In this document: positions 38,281 to 48,864 of the stretch, in pieces | Layout: the number at the start of each line of letters is the position of its first letter | Numbering within the stretch: position 1 is the stretch's first letter | NCBI GenBank assembly: GCA_945874155.1 | Contig: CAMCFO010000003.1 | Location: 8,581-72,580 of the forward strand | Direction: 5' to 3' | DNA: 64,000 bases | Source of the DNA: an uncultured Bacteroidales bacterium | Lineage (GTDB): Bacteria > Bacteroidota > Bacteroidia > Bacteroidales > UBA932 | The notes under the pieces: generated by a model | Seen by the model: the letters and a program-made list of their open reading frames with translations, nothing else | Told to the model about the DNA's origin: nothing | Database searches by the model: none | Position numbers and translations under genes: made by a program

Positions 38281-38937
38281 ATGAAGGACAAACTTTTCAT
38301 TTTCGATCTCGACGGCACGCTCATAGACTCGGTGCTGGATCTGGCTGCCGCTGGGAATCATACACTTGCTATGCACGGCTTCCCGACACATCCGATGGAA
38401 GCTTACTACAAATTTGTAGGGAACGGAATAGGCAAATTGATGGAGAGGGCTTTGCCGTCTGAAGATGCGGATACGGCAGAGGATTATCTGGATGATTTCC
38501 GTGCATATTACAATGACCATCTCTGCGACCACACCCATCCCTATCCTGGTGTGCCCGAGTTGCTGGAGAAGATTCAGCAGGCAGGGGCCAAAATAGCCGT
38601 GGCATCCAACAAGTATCAGCAGGCCACTGAAATGCTCGTTGGCAGGCTCTTTCCTCAAATCAGTTTTGCGGCAATTTGCGGCCAGCGGGACGGGGTGCCC
38701 CGCAAACCCTCCCCGGAAGTGGTCTTTGAAATCGCTGCACGGACAGGAACTGAACTCGGGAATGTAATCTATGTCGGTGATTCCGATGTGGATATGCGCA
38801 CGGCAGCCAATGCCGGGGTGAAGGCGGTGGGTGTCACTTACGGCTTCTGCCCGCGGGAAATTGTGGCATCTTTCAATCCCTGGATGGTCGTGGACTCGGT
38901 GCGTGAACTTCAGGATGTCCTGTTTCATGTTTGCTAA
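38281..38937 (+). CDS. HAD-family hydrolase (phosphoglycolate phosphatase-like)
   Basis: FDLDGTLIDS, VASNK, KPSPE, YVGDSDVD. Confidence 0.9.
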   Translation: MKDKLFIFDLDGTLIDSVLDLAAAGNHTLAMHGFPTHPMEAYYKFVGNGIGKLMERALPSEDADTAEDYLDDFRAYYNDHLCDHTHPYPGVPELLEKIQQAGAKIAVASNKYQQATEMLVGRLFPQISFAAICGQRDGVPRKPSPEVVFEIAARTGTELGNVIYVGDSDVDMRTAANAGVKAVGVTYGFCPREIVASFNPWMVVDSVRELQDVLFHVC

Positions 38938-39035
38938 AAATTTCGTTGTTCGGTGCAGATATTTTTTGCCATAATAAAAATTAGTTTTATACTTGCACCG
39001 CAATTTGAAAAATAGGATAAAAGAAGATTCACAAT

Positions 39036-39389
39036 ATGGAACAGAAAAAAAGACGTGTTGTAAGTTATGAGAATATGGACGAGGTGCTTGCTGCCGCGTT
39101 CAATGAGAAGTATCCAAAGGGATTTTCGGACTATCTGCCTGATTTGAAGGAGTATCCGAAGCCGGATGGAACCTCTTTCTATGCTGTTACTGTTGAGACT
39201 GAGGATGCGATATGCCTTGTCAAGATAAAAATCAAGACTGACGACGTGGAGGATATCGAGAGATGGCTGGATTCTGAGGACGACGACGAAGGGGAAGAGG
39301 GAGGCTCAGGAGACGATTCGGCTTCTCTTCCGGACGACAACATTGCTCAGTACTCAACCGGTGAGGACGAAACTGTCGACGGAGACTAG
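39036..39389 (+). CDS. Conserved hypothetical acidic protein
   Basis: Clean ORF, RVVSYENM..KYPKG pattern, acidic tail, promoter-like TACTTG upstream. Confidence 0.65.
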   Translation: MEQKKRRVVSYENMDEVLAAAFNEKYPKGFSDYLPDLKEYPKPDGTSFYAVTVETEDAICLVKIKIKTDDVEDIERWLDSEDDDEGEEGGSGDDSASLPDDNIAQYSTGEDETVDGD

Positions 39390-39477
39390 TCTTTGCCGGA
39401 CAGATTTCCGGAAGACAGGAACATTATGCGGGCGGAAGGATTCAATTCCTGTCTGCCCGTTATTGCGTTTGGGTATT

Positions 39478-39552
39478 AGTAATCCTCAAAAAATAACCTG
39501 CATCATCTTTGAAAATCTTTTCGGTCCATATTTCCTCCCTCATCAGTCACAT
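39478..39552 (+). repeat. 75-bp dispersed intergenic repeat, copy A
   Basis: 74/75 identical to the reverse complement of 51055-51129. Confidence 0.9.
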
Positions 39553-39695
39553 AGCTACGGCTATGCTCCTTCTTCGGGTGAAAATCTGGCCTCGAAAATC
39601 TAATTCAAATCTGAGGCAACTTATTATTTTCATATTACTGAAGGAAATATTTTTCTATCTTTGTAGGCTATGTCTTTTGATGACTTGACCCGTTT

Positions 39696-41495
39696 ATGGA
39701 TAAAAATTATTCGCTGAAATTCAGAATACTTGCCAGACTGCGCAAATTCCTGTCGAGATTTCCGGAAAAGAACCTGGTGATGGTGCTTTCCCTATTGGTG
39801 GGGGTGCTTTGCGGTCTTGCGGCGGTTCTTCTGAAATTCCTCATAGAGGGCATACATCACGGCCTGACCTTCTGGTTTGGGGAGAGCGACCTCTGGAACT
39901 ATCTCTTCCTGATTTATCCGGGTCTGGGTATGCTCGTTGCTATGCTCTTCGTGAAATACGTGGTGCGAGACAACATAGGCCACGGAGTGACCAAGGTGCT
40001 GCTGGCCGTTTCCAAGAACGAATCCAAAATCCGCAGCCACAATATGTGGACTTCCCTGCTTGCCAGTTCTGTCACCATCGGTACGGGTGGTTCGGTGGGT
40101 GCAGAGGCCCCGATTGTCTATACAGGTGCTGCAATAGGCTCAAATCTGGCCCGTTATGCAGGATTGTCATATAAGAATGTGACCATCTTGCTCGGATGCG
40201 GAGCCGCAGGGGCAGTGGCCGGCATTTTCAAGGCCCCTCTGGCAGGAGTGCTTTTCACTCTGGAGATACTGCTCTTCAACATATCGATGTCTTCCATCCT
40301 GCCGCTGTTGCTGTCCACTGTGTCTGCAACCGTGGTGTCCTATATCTTTCTGGGCAATGGAGCGGCCTTCAAATGTGATCTGATGCCTTTCACGATGCAC
40401 AATATCCCGTTCTACATCATACTGGGACTGTTTTGTGCCGCCTGCTCCATTTATTTCACAAGGACCACGCTCTGGCTGGAAGACAAAATCAAATCCATCA
40501 AGTCCCCCTATTTGCGCTGGGGTGTCTCTGCATTGGGACTGGGTCTGCTGATTTTCCTCTTCCCTCCGCTCTATGGCGAGGGTTATGGCACGGTCAATGA
40601 CCTTCTCGCTTGCAAACAAATCAATTACGATGGAGACACCTTCCTTGCACCGGTGCTCCATTACCCTTGGGCGGTGCCGCTCTTCTTCCTCGTGGTCCTC
40701 ATACTGAAAGTCTTCTCGATGTCCTTCACAAATGCCGGAGGCGGAGTGGGAGGTACTTTCGGACCCACCCTGTTCATAGGTGCCCTTTCGGGGTTCGTGG
40801 TGGCCCGAGTCATCAACCTCATACTGGGATTTTCCACTTTTTCGGTGCCGGAGCAGAATTTTGTGCTGGTGGGAATGGCTGGGCTCATGGCCGGAGTGAT
40901 GCAGGCCCCGATGACTGCCATCTTCCTCATTGCGGAGATTTCCGGAGGGTATGAACTACTGATTCCTCTCATTCTCACGTCAACCATCTCTTTCGGTCTT
41001 ACTCGTGTCTTCGAGCCTTATTCGATTTACACCAAGCGAATCGCCAAGAGAGGTGAACTGCTGACTCACGACAGCGACCAGGCCGTGCTTACGCTGCTCA
41101 AGATTGATGACTTGATAGAAAAGGACTTCAGCACTGTCCATATAGACGAGACATTCGGACAGTTGCTCGACACCGTTGCAGAAAGCAGCAGGAACATTTT
41201 CCCGGTGGTGGACAATTCCGGCAGGTTCCAGGGCTATGTTAAGCTCGACGACATCCGGCCCGATATGTTCCGTTCGGAGTTCTATGACACCAGACACGTG
41301 TTCAACTATATGAGAAGCGCCCACACATACGTCTATGTGGACGAGAAGATGGAGAGCGTGATGGCAAAGTTTGAAAAGACAGGGGCCTGGAATTTGCCTG
41401 TGGTGACTCAGGACAGGAAATATGTGGGCTATGTGTCCAAGTCCAAAATCTTCTCGGCTTACCGCAGCCAGCTCAAGGAAGTATCTCACGAATAG
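39696..41495 (+). CDS. ClC-family chloride/proton channel with CBS domains
   Basis: GHGVTKV, GGSVGAEAP, GGGVGGTFGP, C-terminal CBS pair. Confidence 0.93.
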   Translation: MDKNYSLKFRILARLRKFLSRFPEKNLVMVLSLLVGVLCGLAAVLLKFLIEGIHHGLTFWFGESDLWNYLFLIYPGLGMLVAMLFVKYVVRDNIGHGVTKVLLAVSKNESKIRSHNMWTSLLASSVTIGTGGSVGAEAPIVYTGAAIGSNLARYAGLSYKNVTILLGCGAAGAVAGIFKAPLAGVLFTLEILLFNISMSSILPLLLSTVSATVVSYIFLGNGAAFKCDLMPFTMHNIPFYIILGLFCAACSIYFTRTTLWLEDKIKSIKSPYLRWGVSALGLGLLIFLFPPLYGEGYGTVNDLLACKQINYDGDTFLAPVLHYPWAVPLFFLVVLILKVFSMSFTNAGGGVGGTFGPTLFIGALSGFVVARVINLILGFSTFSVPEQNFVLVGMAGLMAGVMQAPMTAIFLIAEISGGYELLIPLILTSTISFGLTRVFEPYSIYTKRIAKRGELLTHDSDQAVLTLLKIDDLIEKDFSTVHIDETFGQLLDTVAESSRNIFPVVDNSGRFQGYVKLDDIRPDMFRSEFYDTRHVFNYMRSAHTYVYVDEKMESVMAKFEKTGAWNLPVVTQDRKYVGYVSKSKIFSAYRSQLKEVSHE

Positions 41496-41498
41496 CTT

Positions 41499-43625
41499 AT
41501 GAAGGATTTGTATATAAAGAAAATAGCCTCCATCTTGGGGGTGCGCGACTGGCAGGTGGAAAACACCGTTCAACTCTTTGACGACGGGGCCACCGTGCCG
41601 TTCATCAGCCGTTACCGCAAGGAACGTACAGGCTCTCTTGACGAAGTGGCAATTGCTCAGATCAAGCATCTGTCAGAGGATTTCGGGCGGATGGAAAAGC
41701 GCAAGCAGACCATCCTGGAGACCATCGAGGCTGCCGGTGCATTGACCGGGGAGCTTGCCCGGGCCATCGAAGAATGCGTTGAGGAGAATGTGCTTGAAGA
41801 CCTCTATCTGCCTTTCAAGCCGAAGCGCCGCACCAGGGCCACAGCTGCCCGCGAAGCCGGATATGAACCTTTGGCCGACCTGCTGTGGAACAACCGCAGC
41901 AATGACCCTTTGCGGGATGCTTCAAAATTTGCAGACCCCGAAGCTGCCCTTTCCGGTGCCCGTGACATAATTGCAGAACGCATTTCCGAGACTCCGGCCA
42001 TCAGGGAGGCCATAAGGCAGATTTTCCGCACACGCAGGATAGTCACCCGCAAATCCCGCAACGCCCCCGCAGACAAGGCTGACAAATATCGCAGCTATTT
42101 CGATTATTCCGAACCCCTGGCCCATATCGCTCCGCACCGTCTTTTGGCCATACTTCGCGCCTGTGATGAAGGGGTACTGTCCATAGGGCTGGACTGTGAT
42201 GAGGAAAAGTGCTGCAAGAAAATTTATTACGAATTCTGTCAGGAGCACCGTTACCCGCCCAAAGCCACTGCAGAGCAGATTATGAAGGCAGTTGAGGATT
42301 CCTTCGGGAGATTGTTGGAGCCTTCCATCAGCAGCGAAATCATACGTGAGGCAAAGCAGAAAGCCGATATTGAGTCCATACGCATATTCGGAGACAACCT
42401 CCGCCAGCTCCTTCTCGCCGCACCGGTGGGGCAGAAGCGTACTCTTGCGATAGACCCCGGTTTCAGAACAGGCTGCAAGGTCGTATGCCTGGATGCCGAA
42501 GGAAATCTGTTGCATCACGAAGCCATATTCCCGCATCCGCCTGTCAATGACAAGGTTAAGGCCATAACTGCGGTGTCCTCGATGATTGCGCAATACGGAA
42601 TTGAGGTCATAGCCATAGGCAATGGCACTGCTTCCCGTGAGACTGAGGAGTTCATAAAGAGGGTGCCCAAACCTGCTGGTGTGAAAGTCTTTACTGTGAG
42701 TGAGGACGGGGCATCCATCTATTCGGCATCCGAAGTGGCAAGGGAGGAATTTCCGGAATATGATGTGACCGTAAGGGGTGCCGTTTCCATAGGCCGAAGG
42801 CTGATGGACCCGCTTGCTGAACTTGTGAAAATTGACCCGAAGTCGCTCGGGGTGGGGCAGTACCAGTATGATGTGGACCAGACGGCATTGAGGAACAAGC
42901 TGGACGATGTGGTGGAATCCTGCGTGAACAGTGTGGGAGTCAATCTGAACACCGCTTCCCGACATCTGCTCGCTTATGTGTCCGGCATAGGTCCCGCCCT
43001 TGCGGAAAACATAGTGGAATACCGCCGGGTGAACGGAGCCTACACATCCCGCGACCAGTTGCTGAAAGTCAAGCGCCTAGGTGCCTCCGCCTATCAGCAG
43101 TGTGCAGGTTTCCTGCGCATCAGGGGAGCTGAGAATCCTTTAGACAATTCTGCGGTGCATCCTGAGTCATATCATATTGTGGATAAGATGGCTGCCTCCC
43201 TCGGGGTGGGAGCGGAGGCCCTTGTGGGCAATGCCGAACTTTGCTCGAAAATCAGACCTGAGGATTTCGTGGAGAAGGATTTCGGACTGCCCACCATCAA
43301 CGACATACTCAAGGAACTTGTGAAACCGGGAAGGGACCCTCGGGAGGCTGCCCGCGAGTTTGAGTTCGCAGCAGATGTGCATACCATAGAGGATTTGAAA
43401 TCCGGAATGAAACTCCCTGGAATAGTGACCAATATCACCGCCTTCGGAGCTTTCGTGGACATAGGCATCAAGCAGAACGGCCTGATACACGTCTCCCAGA
43501 TGAGCCTTGCGGGCCGTCGCGTGGATGACCCGTCCAAGGTGCTGAAACTCCATCAGCAGATAATGGTCACAGTGCTTTCCGTGGATCTTGACCGCCAGCG
43601 CATCGCCCTCAGGCTCCTGCAGTGA
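41499..43625 (+). CDS. tex: Tex-family RNA-binding transcriptional accessory protein
   Basis: GATVPFISRYRKE, IDPGFRTGCK, RLMDPLAELVKIDPKS.GVGQYQ, C-terminal S1 domain. Confidence 0.95.
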   Translation: MKDLYIKKIASILGVRDWQVENTVQLFDDGATVPFISRYRKERTGSLDEVAIAQIKHLSEDFGRMEKRKQTILETIEAAGALTGELARAIEECVEENVLEDLYLPFKPKRRTRATAAREAGYEPLADLLWNNRSNDPLRDASKFADPEAALSGARDIIAERISETPAIREAIRQIFRTRRIVTRKSRNAPADKADKYRSYFDYSEPLAHIAPHRLLAILRACDEGVLSIGLDCDEEKCCKKIYYEFCQEHRYPPKATAEQIMKAVEDSFGRLLEPSISSEIIREAKQKADIESIRIFGDNLRQLLLAAPVGQKRTLAIDPGFRTGCKVVCLDAEGNLLHHEAIFPHPPVNDKVKAITAVSSMIAQYGIEVIAIGNGTASRETEEFIKRVPKPAGVKVFTVSEDGASIYSASEVAREEFPEYDVTVRGAVSIGRRLMDPLAELVKIDPKSLGVGQYQYDVDQTALRNKLDDVVESCVNSVGVNLNTASRHLLAYVSGIGPALAENIVEYRRVNGAYTSRDQLLKVKRLGASAYQQCAGFLRIRGAENPLDNSAVHPESYHIVDKMAASLGVGAEALVGNAELCSKIRPEDFVEKDFGLPTINDILKELVKPGRDPREAAREFEFAADVHTIEDLKSGMKLPGIVTNITAFGAFVDIGIKQNGLIHVSQMSLAGRRVDDPSKVLKLHQQIMVTVLSVDLDRQRIALRLLQ

Positions 43626-43649
43626 TGCCTCACCGTCGTTGCCGCTCCG

Positions 43650-44870
43650 TCAGAACCTTTTGCCGAAGGAGAATTCCAGCGTGTCGGAACGGTCGAACTT
43701 GTGGGCACGCATTGCGAAACCGAAGAATATGTTGCCTGCTTTGGGGATGTGGTAGCGGATGAGGGTGCGCTGATAGTTCCAGGTGGAGTCTTCTATGGCG
43801 AGTTTCTTGAAAAGATAGACTCCCAGACCTATGCCGATTTCCACATTTTTGTAGAAGAATGACTGCTGGATGTAGGCACCCAGATATACAGGGCAGGTTT
43901 GAGGCCTAGTGGCGGGCTGTCCGTCGTGGGCTGCCTGGATGGCAGCATATTCAGCAAGGCGTTTCCAGTTCTGGGTGTAACTCAGATCCAGCCCTATGCC
44001 TGTGGCGAAAAGCGGGTGATAACGGTAGGAAACAGTGCCTCCCAGATTCAGGCGCAGCCATTGCGTGGAAGATGCCCATTCGTCGGGACCGCCTGTCTCC
44101 GGAAGAATAATGTCTTGGTACACAACTCTTTCCACATCGCAACTGTGCACGCCTGCGCTGAAATACAGGTCGTAAATCCATTTTTTGTATTCCGGTTCTG
44201 TCGGCTTCGGCCCCCTGTGTCCCAGATGCTTCTCCTCCAGACTATAGCGCAGATAGAGGCTGCCGGCCACCTCGTTCAGGCCGTGATTAGGCACCTTGAA
44301 CATTCCGTTGGACCTGTGGGTAAGCATTGCGTTCAGCCCCACTTCCCATTGCGGTGTGATATGGAAGCCGGCCTCCAGTCCCATCCCGACCATAACCAGT
44401 ACCGGTGTGCCGACAAAGGTGTTAAGCGGATTGCTGACAGCATCCCAGGTTTTTGTGATGTAAGAAGCACCGAATTCCAGATTCGGGCCTATCGTGAAAT
44501 AACGGGATTTGAAAAAGTCGAAATGTGCATACCCGTAGAGTGTGTAGGCATCGCCCAGAGATGAGCCCGGACGACATTGTATGCTGCTCATATTGGAATA
44601 GGAGAAGCCCAGTCCATAATGAGGGAAGTTCCAAGCCCAAGCCCAATAATTGTCGTCCTCAGGCTTTGTGTTCACTCCCACGCTCACTCCTGCAGTCACG
44701 CAGTCCTTTGTGTCAATGAGCTTGTCATAAATCCATAATCCGTTAAGCAAATGGCTTTCACGTACATAGGCATTCACATTCAGGTGTTCCCTGTCCATTG
44801 TCTGCGCTTGAGCCACCATCGGAAACAGGACGATGGCCAAGACTGACACTATGATTTGATATGTTTTCAT
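43650..44870 (-). CDS. Outer-membrane beta-barrel, acyloxyacyl hydrolase (PagL-like) family
   Basis: Signal peptide, H.SNG motif (THRSNG..PNHGLN), C-terminal GKRF. Confidence 0.6.
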   Translation of the reverse strand: MKTYQIIVSVLAIVLFPMVAQAQTMDREHLNVNAYVRESHLLNGLWIYDKLIDTKDCVTAGVSVGVNTKPEDDNYWAWAWNFPHYGLGFSYSNMSSIQCRPGSSLGDAYTLYGYAHFDFFKSRYFTIGPNLEFGASYITKTWDAVSNPLNTFVGTPVLVMVGMGLEAGFHITPQWEVGLNAMLTHRSNGMFKVPNHGLNEVAGSLYLRYSLEEKHLGHRGPKPTEPEYKKWIYDLYFSAGVHSCDVERVVYQDIILPETGGPDEWASSTQWLRLNLGGTVSYRYHPLFATGIGLDLSYTQNWKRLAEYAAIQAAHDGQPATRPQTCPVYLGAYIQQSFFYKNVEIGIGLGVYLFKKLAIEDSTWNYQRTLIRYHIPKAGNIFFGFAMRAHKFDRSDTLEFSFGKRF

Positions 44871-44947
44871 AGATTCGGTTCTTTATGGGCGCAAAGTTAG
44901 TCTATTCCAATGTTTTTTTTGACACATCCTATGTTTTTTTCTTAAAC

Positions 44948-44973
44948 TGTAACATATTCACTAATTGTACGTC
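44948..44973 (+). promoter_or_regulatory. Candidate ECF-sigma promoter
   Basis: TGTAAC-N16-CGTC upstream of the 45068 gene. Confidence 0.45.
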
Positions 44974-45067
44974 TTATTAATGGTGTACTGGGAGTGATAC
45001 TTTTCCGCACGCCACCCCCGGCCAGACCGGGATACTTACACAATATGAATTCAAAAACGTATAGACA

Positions 45068-45847
45068 ATGAAAACTTTTACAAAACTCGCTTTGGGCATA
45101 GCCCTTTTATTTGGCATAACTTCTTGTGCGTCAGCAACTGCTACCGGCAAAATCAAAACCGGAGAAATCCCTGTGTCAAAAGATTATACCGAATTGACGG
45201 TATCTTCAGCAATTAACATCCTCTGGTCTGAAACCGCTGCATCGGCCACTCTTAAGGCTGACGAAGCCGTTTATGACAAAGTCATTTTCGAGAGAAGGGA
45301 AGGCGAACTCAAAATCTATGTGAAGACCATCAGAGGGTTCAAGAATGTCGGTCCAATCGATGTAATCCTTCCGGCATCTCCTGTCATCAAGGACATAGAA
45401 CTGGGCGGCGCGTCCACCTTCAAATCCGCAACCACTCTCAGTGTCCACAAACTTGACCTGGAAGTCAACGGAGCTAGTGAATTCGAAGCCAACATAGTGG
45501 CTGCCAATGAAATAGACATCGAATGTACAGGGGCATCAAAAGTCTTCAGTGACGTGTCCACACCTGATCTTTCCGTCAATCTTTCCGGAGCATCTGAAGC
45601 CTATTTGAGCGGCGCCGCAGGCATAACCGAGATTGAGACTTCCGGGGCATCATCCCTCAATCCGTACAAAGGCAATACCCTCACCACAGGCCACACGGAA
45701 ACAGAGCAATCCGGCTCAAGCAAAGTGACCATCAACTGCACAGGAACACTCAAATGCGAAGCTTCGGGAGCATCATCCCTCCGCCACGGTCCAGCAGCCC
45801 AGGTTATCCACCGCAGAACCAGCGGGGCCGCATCGGTTTCCGAATGA
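45068..45847 (+). CDS. DUF2807 / head-GIN domain lipoprotein
   Basis: Lipobox TSCA; repeated xSGASx beta-helix motifs. Confidence 0.85.
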   Translation: MKTFTKLALGIALLFGITSCASATATGKIKTGEIPVSKDYTELTVSSAINILWSETAASATLKADEAVYDKVIFERREGELKIYVKTIRGFKNVGPIDVILPASPVIKDIELGGASTFKSATTLSVHKLDLEVNGASEFEANIVAANEIDIECTGASKVFSDVSTPDLSVNLSGASEAYLSGAAGITEIETSGASSLNPYKGNTLTTGHTETEQSGSSKVTINCTGTLKCEASGASSLRHGPAAQVIHRRTSGAASVSE

Positions 45848-45960
45848 TTCTGAATCTATATCTGGATGATTTCGAATCTATATTAGGATAATAACCCTAT
45901 TCGGATAATCCGAATCTATATCTGGATGATTCCGGATCCACCTTCGGGTAATCCGGAATC
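45848..45960. repeat. Degenerate ~21-bp repeats ending in a hairpin between convergent genes
   Basis: GAATCTATATCTGGAT recurs; GATTCCGGAT..ATCCGGAATC stem. Confidence 0.6.
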
Positions 45961-46193
45961 AATCAACCTGAAGAGTCGCGAGAATCAGGAAAAGAAAGAA
46001 GACGAAACACCATAGAGCCACGGTCAATACGTCCTTCCTGTCTTCCTCCTTTCTCGCGGCTTTTTCCTGTTCAACTCCCTGACATCCCTCAGGCAAAGAC
46101 TTGCCGAGCAGATACCCTTCCCTCTTAAGGTCTTTAGTGACATTTCCTGCCAATGCATTGGTGGCTATAAAACTGATAAGTGGTCCTAACATA
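45959..46193 (-). CDS. Possible small membrane protein
   Basis: ORF with C-terminal hydrophobic helix; no recognised family. Confidence 0.35.
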
Positions 46194-46281
46194 ACTTCCT
46201 GTATTTTTAAATTCTGAGGCAAAGTTATGCCGACCTTGCGCAAAACAGCTGCACAAGCTGTATTTTTTTTGTAAAATAGTT

Positions 46282-47136
46282 TTATATCAACGCCGCAGGA
46301 CCGGTGAGGAAGACATCGGTGAAGATGGAGCCGGAAGGAGTGAAGTCCACCGCGAGCTCATCTATGCGGGCGTGGACGGCTGTGTGGATGGATTTGGCGG
46401 AAGTGCCGGAACTTGTCTGTGTGTCAGTGCCTGCGTCTTTGTGCCAGGCTTCGAGCTGGGCGGCAAGGGCCGAGGCGGTAATCCCCGTACCGCAGGCAAG
46501 TGTTTCATCTTCAACTCCTTTCTCGAAGGTGCGGACTTTTAGCGAGCCGTCTGGGAGAACTTGCACAAAATTGACATTGGCACCGATTGGGGCAAATTCT
46601 TCAGACCATCTGTAGCGTGGTCCCTCCGTCTCTATATCCACAGCCTCCACATCTTCCACAAATTTTACAAAATGCCTGGTACCCGTGTCCAGAAACCATC
46701 CGTCCGTGCATCGGCGATATTCGGAGACATCCTTCATCTTGAGTTTGACCGTGCAGCTGCGTCCTTTATGAGCGAGAATTTCCCCGGTGTGAGGTCCGTC
46801 GGCTGCAAGGAATTCATAAAACTTACCGTTAGCCGGCACTATACCTAAAAAATCCGCAAAGGCCACTATGCATCGACCTCCATTGCCGCACATCATTCCT
46901 GAAGAACCGTCAGAATTGAAGTATTCCATAACGAAGTCCCAGGCTCCGTCATCAGATGAGGACAGAATCATCACACCGTCGGCTCCTACTCGCCCGTCAG
47001 CCGCCTTGAACCCTGTGTTCCTGTCGCACAAAGTCCTTATAGTCACTTCTTTGCGGTATTCATCCACTCCACCGCTGCGTCCGTCGAGCACAATAAAATC
47101 GTTTCCTGCTCCTGAAAGTTTGTATAATGTTCCCAT
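46282..47136 (-). CDS. dapF: Diaminopimelate epimerase
   Basis: GAGNDF, MCGNGGRC, DTGTRH, NVNF, RTFEKGVEDETLACGTG. Confidence 0.95.
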   Translation of the reverse strand: MGTLYKLSGAGNDFIVLDGRSGGVDEYRKEVTIRTLCDRNTGFKAADGRVGADGVMILSSSDDGAWDFVMEYFNSDGSSGMMCGNGGRCIVAFADFLGIVPANGKFYEFLAADGPHTGEILAHKGRSCTVKLKMKDVSEYRRCTDGWFLDTGTRHFVKFVEDVEAVDIETEGPRYRWSEEFAPIGANVNFVQVLPDGSLKVRTFEKGVEDETLACGTGITASALAAQLEAWHKDAGTDTQTSSGTSAKSIHTAVHARIDELAVDFTPSGSIFTDVFLTGPAALI

Positions 47137-47319
47137 AATCAAGCTATTTTCAAAATCCCCCAAAGTTAGAAAACCTCACCGAAATCTTCGTCACGGCAGC
47201 CAGAATTTCTTCAATATTCCCAAAATAATGTACCTTTGCATTTCAAAATGCTGTGATTATGAAAAAGACTGTTTTTTCATAGTACGAAATTGTTTAAGTT
47301 TTTCATTTAATTTTTTGTA

Positions 47320-48486
47320 ATGAACAGGAGACTGCGTCTTTTTGCTGAAATTATCGCTGTGCTGGCGATTCTTCTCAGCTCTTGTGTGAAGGATTCCCAA
47401 CCCGGGAAGGATGACAATACTGAAGTTGGACCTGGCGGGGACAACAATGGCGGCGACAACGGCGGTGGAGACAATGGTGGAGACAATGGTGGAGACAATG
47501 GTGGCGATAACGGCGGTGACAACGGTGGCGGAGACAATGGGGACAATACCGGCGGAGACAGCGGCGATAATGGCGATAATGGTGACGGTGGCAATACCGG
47601 CGGAGACAGCGGCGATAATGGCGATAATGGTGACGGTGGCAATACCGGCGGTGACAATCCAGTAGAAAGCACCTGCATACATCCGTGGTTTGAACTTCCG
47701 GCGGTGGATTATGCAAAATCCGGCAAATACCTTGTGAGCAAGTCTGACGAAACCCTCTATTTTGCCCATCACTATTGCGCAGGAGGAGAAAAAGGACCTG
47801 ACGGTAAAGTGGCGCGCAACTTCTCTGTTTGTTACAGTTCAAAGTATCACTGTCCAGTATGGGTGGCAGCCCCTCTTCATCAGATGTATAAGGGAAGCGG
47901 CCGTCACGATGCATACAAGAATGACCCTGAAATTCCCGGTGATATTCAACGCGGCAAATGGACTGGATACACGAGGGGACATATGCTCGGCTCCTCTGAC
48001 AGGAACAAGACAACAGCAACCAATCATCAGGTGTTCTATTATTCAAACATTGCCCCTCAGGTGGGCGGGACATTCAATACGGGTGGTGGAGCCTGGAATA
48101 ACCTTGAGGCAAAAGTTGACGGGTGGATGTGCTCCGACACTCTGTATGCTGTAATCGGATGTTATTTCGACAAATTTACGGACAAGTACGGTTCCACAGT
48201 GAATCCGAAAGTCCTGGATAATGGAACTCACTATCCTACAGCATTCTACTATGCTCTCGTCAGAACCAAGTCCGGTTCTTCAAGGAAGTCGTTGAAGAAT
48301 TGTTCGGCATCTGAAATTCAATCAGCAGCATTTATTTTGAGGCACACTATGGAAAAGGGACACAAGCCACAATCAAAGGATATGATGTCAATCAGCGAAC
48401 TTGAAAAACTCACCGGCTTCACCTATTTCACCAACGTCCCTCAGCTGGACAAAACCCAGTGCAAGCCATCAGATTGGGGCCTTTGA
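47320..48486 (+). CDS. DNA/RNA non-specific endonuclease lipoprotein with Gly/Asp/Asn-rich linker
   Basis: Lipobox LSSC; YTRGHM, FYYSNIAPQ..FN...WNNLE His-Me finger motifs. Confidence 0.92.
   Translation: MNRRLRLFAEIIAVLAILLSSCVKDSQPGKDDNTEVGPGGDNNGGDNGGGDNGGDNGGDNGGDNGGDNGGGDNGDNTGGDSGDNGDNGDGGNTGGDSGDNGDNGDGGNTGGDNPVESTCIHPWFELPAVDYAKSGKYLVSKSDETLYFAHHYCAGGEKGPDGKVARNFSVCYSSKYHCPVWVAAPLHQMYKGSGRHDAYKNDPEIPGDIQRGKWTGYTRGHMLGSSDRNKTTATNHQVFYYSNIAPQVGGTFNTGGGAWNNLEAKVDGWMCSDTLYAVIGCYFDKFTDKYGSTVNPKVLDNGTHYPTAFYYALVRTKSGSSRKSLKNCSASEIQSAAFILRHTMEKGHKPQSKDMMSISELEKLTGFTYFTNVPQLDKTQCKPSDWGL
47544..47651 (+). repeat. Exact 48-bp tandem duplication in the nuclease linker (NTGGDSGDNGDNGDGG x2)
   Basis: Direct reading; preceded by 12-bp GGDN-type repeats. 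Confidence 0.85.
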
Positions 48487-48558
48487 TGCAAGTTTTCCAG
48501 TTTTTTGCTTGCATTTTAAAATTTAGTGCATAAATTAGCAGCCGAAAACGAAACGAAT

Positions 48559-48615
48559 ATGATTACAAGAAGAAACAACTGGTGGTGGCGCAACGGACAA
48601 CTTACGGAGTCGTAG
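48559..48615 (+). CDS. trpL: Tryptophan attenuator leader peptide MITRRNNWWWRNGQLTES
   Basis: Three consecutive TGG codons, followed by a terminator, upstream of a TrpB-family gene. Confidence 0.88.
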   Translation: MITRRNNWWWRNGQLTES

Positions 48616-48651
48616 GAGGTCGGTGCCCCTGTGTTGTTGAATACACTATAG

Positions 48652-48682
48652 AGCCCTGCCGCAGCTGCGACAGGGCTTTTTG
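48652..48682 (+). terminator. Attenuator terminator of the Trp leader
   Basis: AGCCCTG..CGCAG/CTGCG..CAGGGCT followed by TTTT. Confidence 0.8.
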
Positions 48683-48864
48683 AATATCTTTTGGGTCTAT
48701 ATTCCTTTTCTCCAAAATCTTATTCAAAAATGTTTACGTTCTTAAAAAAGTTGTTTTGTGTCTTCAATTTTGCAAACGAATGAAGAATAATTGATATACA
48801 ATCATTACAGAATAACGGATATAAAAAGATGTTAAATATCAATAACTTATAAACTTTTGAAACT

